64,000 bases of DNA from Spironucleus salmonicida (lineage: Eukaryota), in the NCBI RefSeq assembly GCF_000497125.1, contig NC_090596.1, positions 310,001 through 374,000 of the forward strand, written 5' to 3'. The stretch's first letter is position 1. Each line of letters opens with the position of its first letter. A program made the position numbers and the translations under genes. The notes below the pieces were generated by a model. It was not told where the DNA came from. It was given only the letters and a program-made list of their open reading frames with translations, and made no database searches. Below are positions 1 through 13,142 of this stretch, piece after piece.

Positions 1-1670
1 AGGGACGTTTTTCCATCATTATTTTGATGGGTTATTATATATTCATATAGATATTTAACATGAGCTAATTGATTACAATAAAAAAGAGGATTATTTCCCT
101 ATTTATCATTAATTTATACTTGAGATATACACATTTATACCGCATAGAAATCTTCAAGTTCTAGGGCCTTCATTAACAAAGTTTCTCCTGTACTATAAAT
201 AGGTTACTTTTCCAAAGATAATATATAACTTAAACCTTCATAAAACGTCGATGAGATGCAAAGTTCCGCAGGAGAATCTTCATATTCATAATACACATCA
301 TTCAGGGATTTAGGATAAATGACCTTAAGCAGGTAAATGTTTTGATTTTGAATTATTTCGGTAAGTAAAGCTCTATAATTTGGATGTTATAAAAGCAGCT
401 TTGAGTATAAACTAACAAAGTCATCATTATATGAATCAAAATTAGCCAAAATTATATTTATACTATGCACTACTGGTATTCTTAATAAAACATCGTAACT
501 AAGGGCGTTATTCACAATAAGTATTGGTAAAATTTGTTCAATAGATTCAGCTGAAAGATTAAAGCCAAAAAGCACAGCAATATTATTGATATTGTATTAA
601 ACCGCGTACTCGCAGAAGTTTTTATTAACTAGAAGCTGTAATTATTATTCGCTTAAAATTTATTTAAGTGGCGTCAAAGAGCCATTTTAATAGCCAATTT
701 AAGCTAGTGTAAGACCGTTGAATAATATAGTCGAAATATCAGAATTTATAACAATTGGGGTGTTAAAAAATTCTAAATAAGAAGGATATTAAATAATTGG
801 GCGTGGATTGATGTTTTCAATGAATGATGGCTTCTGATTTATTTCTTACAGGCTAGTAATACGATTAAAATAAAGTTAAGAAAATTCCCACTTTCCATTG
901 TTAAAATTGATTTCAGGATCGATAAGAAAGCCATTTGTAAATGAATATGCTGTAATTTAGCAACGTAAATCCAAAATAAAGTAAACTTTTGAGCTCGCAT
1001 CATAGAATATGAAAATACCATTTCGGTGAGAGTCAAACCATATGTTTTCTGCCTATAAAAATATTGCTGTTTTGTTTTGGTATAATCTAAATTATTTTGA
1101 CTACTCTCTAACTATGAAATTATCATTATAAACATACAACCTAGCTTCTTTTGACACATATTATACAGTTTAAAATTAATTATTGACAAATTACTTAATA
1201 GTACCATTATTGCAAAAGTATAAATTATTTTTATACACACAAAGTCGATTATGTGGAAGTTCTTAGTCATAATCTTAAATATTGTAAAAAATGCTAACTG
1301 TAAGTTTATTTAGATGGTATATGCATGAACCAATATGCGCTAAAACCATATCTTTGTAGTTTACAATTTCATAGTAATGTGGTTGCTTTTTAATTTAAAA
1401 TCCTTCGCAGTATTGGGTACAGTAGTAGGGAAAATCAACGGCTGCTTATTCTAATATATGAAATTACTCTGTTATTCGGAAAGCACTATTTTTTCCATAA
1501 CAATAAAGTTGGTTGCCATTTTAATGTGCAAAGAGTCTAAAGTATTTTGAAACTATATTATAATCTAGTTCATCAGAAATTGATGCATATTAATCTTAAT
1601 CATAAAATGATTCATCATTACTATCTTATGAAATAGAATCTGAAAAATCCTCTATAAAGTCATCGTTCAT
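1..1670 (-). CDS. Ankyrin-repeat protein (3' end runs off window)
   Basis: ATG at 1670, open under TAR=Gln and in frame with ORF 387..575. Ankyrin-like motifs TGETLLMKAL, DKQGNNPLFY and HQNNDGKTSL near the window edge. Confidence 0.75.
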
Positions 1671-1720
1671 TATTAATAGACTTATATTTATATTATATTA
1701 ATTATAATTTTTACTATATA

Positions 1721-2293
1721 ATGTCTTAACAAGATTTAACTGTATTAGCTGCATTCGAATTAGAACTTTTTTAGGAAATGTAAAATTTTTCATCTTAGAT
1801 TATTAAACTTAACGATAAATATGAAAATTAAAAGATAAATCAATCAGTAATCAACCCATAATTAATTAATACCTTTTTTATTGACTAATTGTAGCTATTT
1901 GATGTTAAATTATTGAATTAGACGATATAAAATGATTAACATAGTAAAATATATTTAAAATAAAGCCATTTATCACAATACGAAAATATTGAAACTAAAT
2001 TGCTTACTATTTAATAAAAAATTAGCTAAACCATATAATTATATGCTGAAAATTAATGTCAATAAATATAAGAACGGACATAGGATTCAGTATAGTAATT
2101 ATAACAATTAATGATTAATAGTGCTTTAGATTTTTTAGTAGCTGACAAACTGGTAGAGTTTAACCAAACATCTAATTATGGATTTACAGCTACAGTTGAC
2201 AACAATGGAGCTTCCAAATAACTATTTGCGTTTTCTAATAAAAAATAATTACCTGTCAAATAGGTTTTAATTGATTTAGATTCAACATAATGA
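1721..2293 (+). CDS. Hypothetical protein, 190 aa
   Basis: ATG..TGA fully translated under TAR=Gln; divergent from the previous gene across 50 bp. Confidence 0.65.
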
Positions 2294-2337
2294 TTTTATT
2301 ATATAAAATTTTATTTATTATTTCCCTTTTCTTTTTA

Positions 2338-3168
2338 ATGTGGCGTTATACTTCGTAAATTAATTATAGAGTAGATGAGTCGGATCAATCTCCTTTAACT
2401 AATTCCAACACATCTTTAATAAAATGTTTACCTAATAAGTTAGTTCCATAAATACCTTCATGGTCATATTCATTGCATTCCCAATTGGGATATGCACAAG
2501 CTGCTGATGGAGTACCTGTTTAATCGTCTACATACCATGTAGTTGCCTCTATAGAGGTACCTGTAAAAGATTTTAAAATTGTCGACTTAAATATTTCTTA
2601 TTAGTTTGAAAATTCAGATGAATCTGTTGATTCTGATAATCAAGATGCATCTTAATCTATTTCTAAATCTAAAAATATAAAGAAAATGAACGATGATGAT
2701 CTTTTTGTTCTGGTTAAATAATAATTAAGAGACAATGTCAAATCACGTTGCTCTAAGGATGGAATTACTTGGTAAGAAATTGAAAACTTTGAGCTAGGTT
2801 ATATTAAATATTTATACGAAAGATTAAGACATTAAGATGTTGAAGAAATTATAAAAGAAGTTAGTACATAATTTAAAGGACAAGTTCATCCAGTTAAAAG
2901 ATATTTGAACGATTAATTTTTTGAGGTTTAAAGATTATTGTCAGTTGAAAAGACATAAAAGCAACAAATTACAGATCCAAATACAAAGCTTTAGGCTTAA
3001 TTTATGTTAGCGTTTTTCCAAGCTAATCCATAAGTTGTATCGGCGTTTCCACTGATAGAATAGTTATAACCATCTGTCTAGTTATAGAAAATCTAAACAT
3101 TAATGCCATAGGAATAATTTAGTACACTCGTTAAAAGGATGGAAGACTATATTAAAGCACATCAGTGA
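2338..3168 (+). CDS. Hypothetical protein, 276 aa (possible Myb/SANT-like segment TWQEIENFELGY)
   Basis: ATG and stop in frame under TAR=Gln; ends in CAG-TGA (AGTGA). The domain call is weak. Confidence 0.6.
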
Positions 3169-3173
3169 TCACT
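3164..3173. terminator. Back-to-back AGTGA 3'-end/polyadenylation signals (palindrome AGTGATCACT) of two convergent genes
   Basis: The + signal includes the stop of 2338..3168; the - signal lies just past the stop of 3180..3779. Confidence 0.65.
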
Positions 3174-3179
3174 CATTAT

Positions 3180-3779
3180 TCAATATTCATAAATTCCATC
3201 ATCATATGAAGATACAGAAGATTAACTTTGGGATGGTTCGCATTATTAACTTAATGCTTCATCAGAGCATTCAGCAATTAATTATTAATCTTCTTAGTTT
3301 TCTATGTTATCAATTTTCTATACAAGATGAGATTTTTCTTTAAATTACACTTTATCTTCTAAAAATGGATAAATAATAACATTTTTCAGAGATTCATTAA
3401 CTGAATAATCACCAGCCTACATTCTATAGAATGTTTCAATGGCCCAAAGTGCAACCTCCCATTGTTCTTCAACTAACTTGACTTAAAATTTATCAAGCAT
3501 AAAAGTTTCTAAATAACAAGCCACTTCAGCCTCAGATGCATCGTCTGCATAATCTCCAAAATATTTTACTAGCATAGAAACACATTCTTAAACATTAGTA
3601 TCGAATTCCAATTATCCTTTGAGCTGTTTTAAAACTTTCCATGACGATAAAAGTTATTTAAGTATTACAACAAATTAGCTAACTTTAAATGCTTTTGAAG
3701 TTTCAAATATTTCAGTTGGTGCATCTTCTGGGAATTTAGTCAAGAATCCATGGACGTCAATTGGTTGTGGGAATGACAT
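3180..3779 (-). CDS. TSR2: Pre-rRNA processing protein Tsr2-like
   Basis: 199 aa; pattern F..ILKQLLSSWKVLK..LVKYFGD..EAEVACYLETFMLDKFQVKL plus an acidic tail resembles Tsr2. Recognised by eye. Confidence 0.55.
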
Positions 3780-3808
3780 TAAAATAGAAAAAGAAGTGGA
3801 AAATGCAC

Positions 3809-4681
3809 TCACTCAACTGAAATATCTTCAAACCATTTGTGTTTTAAAGCGTCTGTGGCCGAATATCTAGTATCCCAATTAATATCACATAAGTGCTTAA
3901 AAAGGTCCTTTGCATACTCAGAAGCACCTTTTAAAATTCTATCAACTCCTGTAGGTTAAATATTCTCAAATGGTGCCTTCCACATTCCATATTCTTTAAG
4001 AATGTCAATTTATGGTTACTCATAACTTCCAAATACAGTGAATATTTTCAATAACCCTTCGTTAAATTCTTTACAACTAAAAGCATAATTATCTGAAAAT
4101 AGTTGACTCATTACAAGTCCTATGCCCCAAACATCAACTTTGTTGGTATATAGAGGATATCCTAACATCATTTCTGGTGCAAAGAAAAATTTAGTACCTG
4201 CATTAGTAGAAAACTAAGTTTTAGAAAAAATAGCCTCACGAGAAAGACCAAAATCAATAATTTTTGTTTGCATTTTTTCTGAATCAAATAGTATATTATG
4301 TGGTTTTATATCTCTATGAATAATTCCTATACTATGAATATGTTCCATTCCCTCTAATATTTGCTTAATAATGATTTTAATTTACGACTCTTTTAATTTA
4401 TGTTTTTTAATAAAGGTTCTAAGATCAGTGGGAAATATTTCATAACCAATCAATAAAGCATTATCTTGAATATCACAAGATAATATCTTTATCACAGATT
4501 TATGGTTGCAGCGCTTAACAATTGCTACTTCTCTAATAGCTGAATTTTTTACACCCTCATCTTTATCTGCAAACTCAACCTATTTCAAAGCAACCATTTA
4601 TCCAGTTCTTCTGTCTTTTGCTTTAACAACAGTACCATATCCACCTTTTCCAATTTCTGAATAAACGATAAAATTCTCCAT
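3809..4681 (-). CDS. Divergent cyclin-dependent kinase (CMGC/CDK)
   Basis: [24 protein letters not shown] (PSTAIRE-like), [21 protein letters not shown]; 290 aa. Confidence 0.9.
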
Positions 4682-4726
4682 TTTTTAAGGAAGTGAAATT
4701 TTAATTAATAATATTTTATATATAAA

Positions 4727-5446
4727 TCACTATTAGTAAACGCTATTCTATCGTAAAATAGATAAAACTTCCGTACTCTAACCTGCTTAATAGCAGTATA
4801 TTTACTCGCCAATCTGTTCTACTATAATATTTTTACCCTCACACCCCCCAAATACCATATCGACCTTCTAACCTTATTTTATTATATTAATAAGAAACTC
4901 AAATTTTCTACTCCATTCAGGTATACTTGATAGAACTGTCCCTTAAAATTTTTACTCGCAAAACCCATATACAATCCCTGGCAAAATTTCAGAAAATTTG
5001 TCAAACCTCTTCTTATAAATTATAGCTTATGCTAATGTCTTTTCAAAGCTCTGCTAAAAAGATGTTAAGATTGCCAGTGACAGCTATTCAAAAATACAAG
5101 GTTCGTTGATTTCTTCTTATTCACTAAACATAAAACCTAATGGTTTATCTAGAGTTTTAACTGTAACTTGGACATCAAATTCAGCAATTAGCAGAAGTCC
5201 ATTTTTTGTAGCAAAAATTATTGTTTAACTGGTTGATTATATATTAAAAATGATCTGATCAGGAGCAAATTGTTGTAAATTCACGAAAATTAACCAGAAT
5301 TGGTAACAGATAGCAGATGGTTGTAGGGAGCGTTGTTATGTACGTTGAGGTGACAACGAAGAGTTTAATAGAATTGAAGATATATTAATTAACTAACTGA
5401 AAAGTAGGTCGCCAGTTGCAGAGTTGGCTATCAGTAATTTCTTCAT
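4727..5446 (-). CDS. Hypothetical protein, 239 aa
   Basis: ATG 5446 in frame with an AGTGA-fused stop. Confidence 0.65.
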
Positions 5447-5611
5447 TTTTGAGTTAGTTTGAGTATTTAAATCTATATTTAAATATTTAATATTATAAAA
5501 TTATTAGAATAATATATTTTATATAATATTATATGCGAACTAAGTAAAAATATTATTTAAATTATATGTACCTGTTCTATAATTATTGAATAATAATATA
5601 ATTTACAGATA

Positions 5612-6952
5612 ATGGAATTTATAAAAAATCAGTGTTTAAGAAATTTTACTAGTGCTGAAGAATTCAATTTAGCATTTAATAATGCATATCTAATTTCTTA
5701 TTAGAAATAATATAACAGTTAAGATATTTTATCATAAGATCAGATCAAGCATTTAGTTTATATTTTAGGATAACATAAATAAATAATAAGCGATTAGTGC
5801 TCAACAGATTTATTTTCATTGGAGCTATCACATGATGATATAGATTGGTAGAAACAATTTAACTAAGAATTAGATAAATCAACTAAACTTTAAAGCTTGC
5901 TAGATCAATATGAGAATGAAGTTAAAGAATACGAGATATTGTCATAAGATACATATAATAGATATAGTTTATCTATAAAATAGATCATTTCTGCTTACGA
6001 TATATAATAAAAATAAGTTTAAAGTTATGCAGCATAAATAGAAAAATAAAATAAGATATTAAAAAATTAATAAGATGTTATAAAGTAAAAAACATAACAG
6101 GTATTGAAATTAGAAAAAGTTGTTAGCGATCATGCTAAAATAGTAATTTTAAAGCAGTAGGAAAGGGATTTATTAACAAAAAACAATAATGAAAAGTTTC
6201 TTCATTTAACAAAAGAAATAAACATTCATAAAGAATAAACTAACGATGCTCTAGAAAAATAAAAGTATTATGAAAATTAATACCTAAGTCTTAATTCTTA
6301 GTATTAATCTTTTTATAAAAATTATTCAGTATTAAATGGAATTTGCGCCGAACTACAATTTTAATTAAAAGTAGAAAATTATGATTAAATTCTAAATAAG
6401 TTTTTCTTTTTAATCGAAAATTCAGCAGATAAATCTATTATAAATGATTTATAGTTAAAATTAGATACTTATCTCATTCTTATTAAACATTTGATTGATT
6501 TCATTGAGAGTATGAATAAAAATATGAGTTAATAAAAATTAAAAATTAAACCTTTGTAATTTTTAGGCGACTTATTAAATGATATATTATTAAAATTAAA
6601 TTTATTAGAAGAAGAAATTAAGAGATTGCAATTAAAACATTAAAATATATAAGACTAATTATCAGATCAAATGTCCTAAACAGTCATATCCTTTTAAAAA
6701 ATAAAATTAGAAAACGAGTAACTAGAGAATAAAATTGACTTTTTACAGCTTTTAAAAAGCTAAAAACTACCTGCTTTAGTAAATATTATAAAAATATAAT
6801 AGTAAGAATTACAAATTTCGAAGTAAGAGTTTATTGACTTATATAAATAATTTGATGTTTTGGATAACAAAATATAGAAAACTAATAGTTCTTAGATAAA
6901 AGAATCTAAATATTTAAAAATATTAAAAACATAAACTATTATTACTAAATGA
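5612..6952 (+). CDS. Coiled-coil hypothetical protein, 446 aa
   Basis: Long Q/E/K/L-rich frame under TAR=Gln. Confidence 0.65.
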
Positions 6953-6954
6953 TT

Positions 6955-7533
6955 TCACTTTATATTTAGTATTTTTTTAATAATTTCGTAATCCACATCC
7001 TTACAGACAATTATTAGCTCGTTGGCATTTTACTCAATAATAATAGCTTTTTCTTTATCATGTATTTGCCCACCTAACCAGGTTTATATCAATAAATAAT
7101 TTTCATTACTATAAATTTTTTAACTGATATCAATACTAATTAAAATATCTCCAGTCATTACTTCTAGAAAGTTTAAAAAGTTATTTTATATATCTAAGTT
7201 ACACAAATTTAATGTGGTATCTAATTTAAATGCAATCTCTAACAATATAGAATTTAATTAGGATTAAAGGAAAGTATAATGACTCATATTTTTATTATAA
7301 ATTTCTATGAATATGTCATCCTATTCATAGTTCATTAAGTCAAACTTTTTAATAAATGATGTACTTAAAACTTGCAGATCTTATTCTGAAATTTCAGAAT
7401 TTTGTAATTCGTATGTTTATATTTTTTGATTTTGATTTATATTTGTGTATTCAGATGTATGGTTAAGACGTTGCTACATATTTTTAAGTAATTTAAGCCT
7501 ATCTTGTATATTTTCGATACTTTAATCTTTCAT
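6955..7533 (-). CDS. Hypothetical protein, 192 aa
   Basis: ATG in frame with an AGTGA-fused stop; convergent with the previous gene across a 2-bp gap. Confidence 0.6.
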
Positions 7534-7658
7534 ATTTTATATTATATAGTTATATATATTATTTGAAAACTGTCAGTAAATTAATATAAATAATTAGTAG
7601 GGGAATATAAATTAATATACAGTTATATTAATTATATATCTTACTTTTCAAAATATAA

Positions 7659-8654
7659 ATGGCGACTACAGAGTTCATCTTTGTATTTTTACTTTGTTTT
7701 CTAGGTTTTGCATTTCTGCCAGCTATTCTAATATTCATTTACTTTATGAGCAGAAGCATATGCTGCTTTGTTGTACATGAAAAAACTGTCATCGTTAAAG
7801 AAACATGTGGCTAATTTAAAGAGCTTTTAATGCCAGGATCCCATTTTATATGTCCTTTAGTTTCAGCAAAAAGACCATACTCATATGACTATTTTACATT
7901 TGATGATGATAAAATGAAGAGAATTAAAAAATCTGAGAAAATTATATCTTTACAACAATAATCTGTAGAGTTTCCAAGATTTGAAGTTATCACACGAGAC
8001 AATATCTAATGTTATATTGATTTAACAATAAATTATAAAGTTATTAATGCTCATGATTTGGTTTATAATGTAAAGAATATGCCTTATATGCTTTCATTAT
8101 TAGTTAATGCAATTGTACGTTCTTAGTGTGGCGAGATGGATTTAGATAATATTATTGAAGATCCATAGTAGATATCTAGATTAATTGGAGAGTTATAAGA
8201 ATATGTGAAAGATTGGGGAATTAATATTGAATTATTCAAGGTATAAAAAGTTGAAGCTAAAGAAAGACTCAAAGAGAAATTATAGTTAACTAAAAACGCT
8301 ATGTATAACTGCGAATCTAGTGTTAGAACTAAGAAAACGGAATAATAATCAATTATTATGAAGGCCGCTGCGTCTAGGGATCAGATGATTAAACAAGCTG
8401 AAGGAAAGTCATAGTCTATCATATTAACACAAGAGGGGGAAGCGTAAGCTATCAAAAATAGAGGATAAGCACATGCAAATGCAATTGATTCATTAGTCCC
8501 AGGTATGGGTAACAGAGCTGCGGCATTTACTTTAGCTGATAAGACATGCGATTTAATCAATATTATTAACAAGCAAACAAAATCCTAAATTATGTATACT
8601 CATGGTGTAGATAAAGCAGAAGTTATGAAATGCATTATTGGAGGTTACTAATGA
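7659..8654 (+). CDS. SPFH/Band-7 (stomatin/paraslipin-like) membrane protein
   Basis: N-terminal hydrophobic segment, VVHEKTVIVKETCGQFKELLMPGSHFICP, EVITRDN, VRSQCGEMDLD, DWGINIE and C-terminal AEG/EGEA coiled-coil repeats. Confidence 0.9.
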
Positions 8655-8705
8655 GAAAATGATATATTTTACTATATAATTATTTATATAATTATTTTAA
8701 ATTGA

Positions 8706-8945
8706 ATGAAAATTATATAATCATTCAAACTATATGCAGAAAAGCATGAAAAAATACTCATATGTAATATTTGTGCTGGTAAATTATCTTAAAGATGTTA
8801 AGAATGTCGAGACTCATCATGCGAAATTTGCCCAGTTGTTAAAGGCATCTGTGGACATAGTTTCCATTAACATTGCATTAATTCTTGGCTTTAATAAACT
8901 AATATATGTGCGCTATGCAGTGTAGATTGGTTTTAAGTGGATTGA
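8706..8945 (+). CDS. Small RING-H2 protein of the Rbx1/Apc11 family, 79 aa
   Basis: CNIC..RCQEC..CPVVKGICGHSFHQHCINSWL..CALCSVDW; this frame differs from the supplied ORF 8734..8925. Confidence 0.9.
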
Positions 8946-8972
8946 TTAATTTATTGTAACTAAATAATATTA

Positions 8973-9260
8973 TCATTATTTTTTAAGCCCTTCTCTAAAC
9001 TACCGATATGATATTGATTATGAAAAATTATTGAGCTATTAGGATTCTTACCTTTATTAGAATTCAAATCTTTATTATTTGGTAATAAGCACTGATTATT
9101 GTATATATTACGTTTTTTCCAAAAGTTAAAATGGACATTGAAATGTACTTAAATGCACATAATCCGGATTTGTTAAAAATTATGACTCAATTCCATACTA
9201 TCCTGTAATTTTAATTTAAGTTATAACTGGAAGCTATTTTCGCATATACAACCTTCTCAT
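8973..9260 (-). CDS. Small hypothetical protein, 95 aa
   Basis: ATG..TGA open under TAR=Gln; fills the gap between neighbours. Confidence 0.55.
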
Positions 9261-9307
9261 ATTTTAATATTAACTATATTATATATAAATAAAAGTATAA
9301 ATAATTA

Positions 9308-10327
9308 ATGCGTCGTCTTCATAATTCTCTTGATGCTATCCCCGAAGGAGGAATGCCTCCTCCTCCTCCATCTTTTAAAGTCTAATTATCAGGAGAAGGT
9401 TATGAATCAATTGACCCTATGAACTATTTTGATTAATCTTAATAAATTTCGACCTCTAGAGGTAATTTTCAAATTTATACAGGTGGAGAATTTAAGAGAG
9501 TTGTATATTTATTTATACACGGTGCAGGATATTCTAGTCTGAGTTTTGCTGAAGTCATTAAAGTTCTCAAGTAAGAAGCATACTGTGTAGCTATTGACCT
9601 AAGGTCTCATGGAAAATCTATTGAAGGAGATCTTATTTTTTAAGATTTAACACTTGATATCAATACAGTCATTGAATAACTATTACCAAATAAAGAATAA
9701 ATACCTTTAATCATATTTGGACATTCATTAGGAGGTTCTTTGGCAACAGCAGTCGAACCATAAAATTGCAAGCTCTAAGGAATAGTGTTAATTGATATAT
9801 CAGAAAATGTAGCCTTATAATCTCTTCCAAATATGTAAATTTATCTTAAAAAGAAACCAAAGGTTGTAAATGGCCCAGAAGCATATGCTGAATGGTTGAT
9901 AAGAACTAATTAATTACTTAGGAAAGAATCAGCATGTATTTAAGCTTAAAATTTAGTTTCAGAAGGAAAAGTAATAACAGATTTGAGCAAAAGTGAAAAA
10001 TATTGGGAATAATGGTTTAAAGGTATGAACGAAAGATGGATTAATAGATAAGTATGGAAAATGTTGTTAGTATCAAGTATGAATAAACTTGATAAAGATT
10101 TTGAAATTGCTCATATGCAAGGTAAAATGAATGTTGATGTTATAAGAAATTGTATACATAACTTGCATGAGGATTCTCCTTTAGATTTCCTCTAGGTAAC
10201 CACTAGATTTTTACGTAGACTACATCTTTCAGATAAGTTGTTTGATAGGGAATTTGACTTTAAAAAACCTATGCCAGAAGATGAAAAAGAGATGACAGCA
10301 GAAGAAATTAATACTATTTTGAAATGA
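9308..10327 (+). CDS. PPME1: Protein phosphatase methylesterase 1 (alpha/beta hydrolase)
   Basis: FIHGAGYSSLSFA, DLRSHG, GHSLGGS, KYWEQWFKGM, LDKDFEIAHMQGK, HNLHEDSP. Confidence 0.9.
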
Positions 10328-10376
10328 GGTATTCCTATATAATATTATATTTACTTTTCCATTTTCATTCCTTCAT

Positions 10377-12608
10377 ATGCCAGACCTTCTTAGATTACGT
10401 TCACTCGCTAGTAGAAATCCAGAGTTGTATAAGAATGAAGTATATTCCTAAATAAAAGCTCTAGAAGCTAGAATTTAAATATTTGAGAAATAACCTCAAT
10501 TACCCCAACCTGAATTAATTGAGCTATTTTAATTTTTAAATTCAATGGCCCCTAGTTATAAAAAATTTTAAACTACTTGTTAAGATGCATTTCAGTTAGT
10601 AGCAAGATTTTCCTCTTCTATTAATCCATAAACCAGATTATAATTATTAAAATTAGCATTCTCCGATTATTTTATATTGGAGAAGAATACCTTATAAGAA
10701 CTCATTCAGCTGCTTAACATAAAAGACAAGCAGTTAAGAGCAATGATCGTTCAATTAATGAATACAAAATTTAAAATAACACTTTAGAATTAGCAGATTG
10801 ATATTTTGACAAAGTCATTGTAAAATTCGTCAATTATTGTCAAATAAACTCTACTTAGAATGCTTGTTCAATTGTACAAAACTAATACAATTAAGTCTCA
10901 GGATTAATATTAGAAAGTAGTAAATGCAGTAGCCTATACATTAGTAGAAGATTAAGACAAAAGAGTAATTTTATAGGCACTAAATTTCTTTACAGGTGCT
11001 GATGAAGAGCTCACTGAATCTGAAGATTCTGATTATGTTCTTAAGGAGCTCGATGACGTCTAAACAAAAGATAAAGTAGTCTAGTTAACAAATTCCTTGA
11101 AAGTTAAGATTAAAAAATATCAGCTTGATCTAAATAAGAAGAAGAAATCGATTGAATAGATTAGAAAGTAAATTATCAAACTTAATAATAAGCATTAAAT
11201 GGCAGTCAAAACCCAATTATTCGTAATTGATTACTTACGTGATCCCCAGACATTTGCAGAAAAGCTTATTAAAAAATTTTTAGTTAAGAATTCACCCTTT
11301 CGTATAAAATTAATCATCTTCGACTATATATCTCATCTTTCGTCACATTACGAGCTAGTCTTACCTTAAATTTACCCAATTTTTGCAAAATATATCCGTC
11401 CACGATAGCAAAACGTTGTTGATATTTTGAATTCTGCAGTTAAGTCTGTTCATTAACATACTGATATCTCTGATGTTCTGATCATTATTAAGCAAATAAT
11501 GAATGAATTCATTCATTCTGGTGCGACCGATGATGAAATGACAGTAGCTATAACAGCAATTTGTGAAATTTGTAAAAAAGTACCAGAATGTCTATTGGAT
11601 GAAGAGAACATTTACCTATTGAACGAATTGGTTAGTTATAGTAAAGAAAAAACAGTTGAGGACGCTCATGAAACTGTAAAATCTGGTTCTAAAACATCTA
11701 GTAAGACTAGAAAAGGTGTTGTTAATGCTAGTAAGGAGTTGCTGAACTTCTATAGACAGAGTGCTCCTTAAGCTTTAGAAAAAAAATATTTAGATAAAGA
11801 AAGTAGTATTTATCTTTAGAGTATTAAACGCATTAATGCTGATTAGGTTGTAACAAGAACACGCATTGAAACACTTTTGGGCTAAAAAACGGATAGCGAA
11901 AACGATGATCAAGATGATTTAGAGGACAGTAAGTGGATGAAGGCGAAAAAGTTGAAGTAGAATAAACACTTATTGTAATATCTACGCAGCTGTAGAAGGA
12001 AGAACACATAGCTATAGCCTAACAGCATATCAAAAATTGAAGAAATTTTGGGATATAAAATCAATCCATACGGTGAAAAAATCATTGGTACAAAGCCAGA
12101 AGAAGAAGAGTAATGGGAGTTTGAAGAGGAAGAAGTTTCAGAAGAAGATAGCTAGCTGGCTGATGGTGAGCAAGATGAAGAAGGTGACGTATTCTGTTTA
12201 GAAAGCGAAGAAGAAGAACAGATTATTGACCCTAATTTACCTATTGAATAATAGAGATTTTTATCCACCGAAGAACTTGAAAAACTTAGATCTTTTAAGG
12301 CGTAGAAACACCATACAGATCTTGATTAATTCCGGGTGAAGTAGAAAATGACCTCAGAAGAAATGAAAATTCATTCTAAATCTGGAAAATCAGATGAAAA
12401 AGATCACAGATCAAACTTTTGGAATAGAAAGGCTGATAATAAGTCCAAAACGAACAAAGAAAAGTAGGTTAACAAGGCAATGATGATGTTGGTACATAGC
12501 CGTACAATTCGTGCAAAAGCAAATAGAAAATCTAAGGATAAAGAAAGAGTAATGCGTGAGCATCTTCGAAACTAGAAGAGTGGTATAAACAAGAAAGTTA
12601 AGAGGTGA
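10377..12608 (+). CDS. SDA1: SDA1 60S biogenesis protein
   Basis: LRSLASRNPELYKNE, LRDPQTFAEKL, YIRPRQQNVVDIL, EMTVAITAICEIC; acidic stretch and basic C-terminus; 743 aa. Confidence 0.9.
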
Positions 12609-13142
12609 GGTGACTGGGTTTTAATCTAGTTTAGCTATTTATAGCAGAATATTCATTTTACTTCAGAAAACAAAGAAGAGATCAATAAATAACTTTGTAT
12701 TTAATAACTAAAATCATGATAATTTTAATATTTTAAATAGAATTTTCACTAATTTCCCAGCAAAAATTAGTTGTTACTCCAATTTATATATACAATAATT
12801 TGATAAAAAAACAAACTATACTCAAGGTAACTCGCTGAAAATCAACATGCTAGAGGATACTCAAGCTAGTCATAAACAATTCTAGTTTATGAGTAAATTA
12901 TGTAGTAAGTATGCAAATACATTCATTAGGGTCATAAAATTTAATATTGAAGATGGGGATCTACCAATTAAATTCAGGCCAGTAGATTAGCACGAATTTT
13001 GGGTATTTCCTTTAGACTTTAAATTATGTAATTATACAGTTCGTATGAAATTCAACTTTAAAGCTCCTTAAATACCCAAATTCACATAGCCTGATTATTT
13101 AGTATTAGTGAATAAAAGCTATAACACTCCAAACAACTCCAT

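Noticed and set aside
12609-13142. Possible gene between SDA1 and the bromodomain gene
   Set aside because: Frames are open on both strands under TAR=Gln, but no clean start/stop pair could be chosen; left unannotated.
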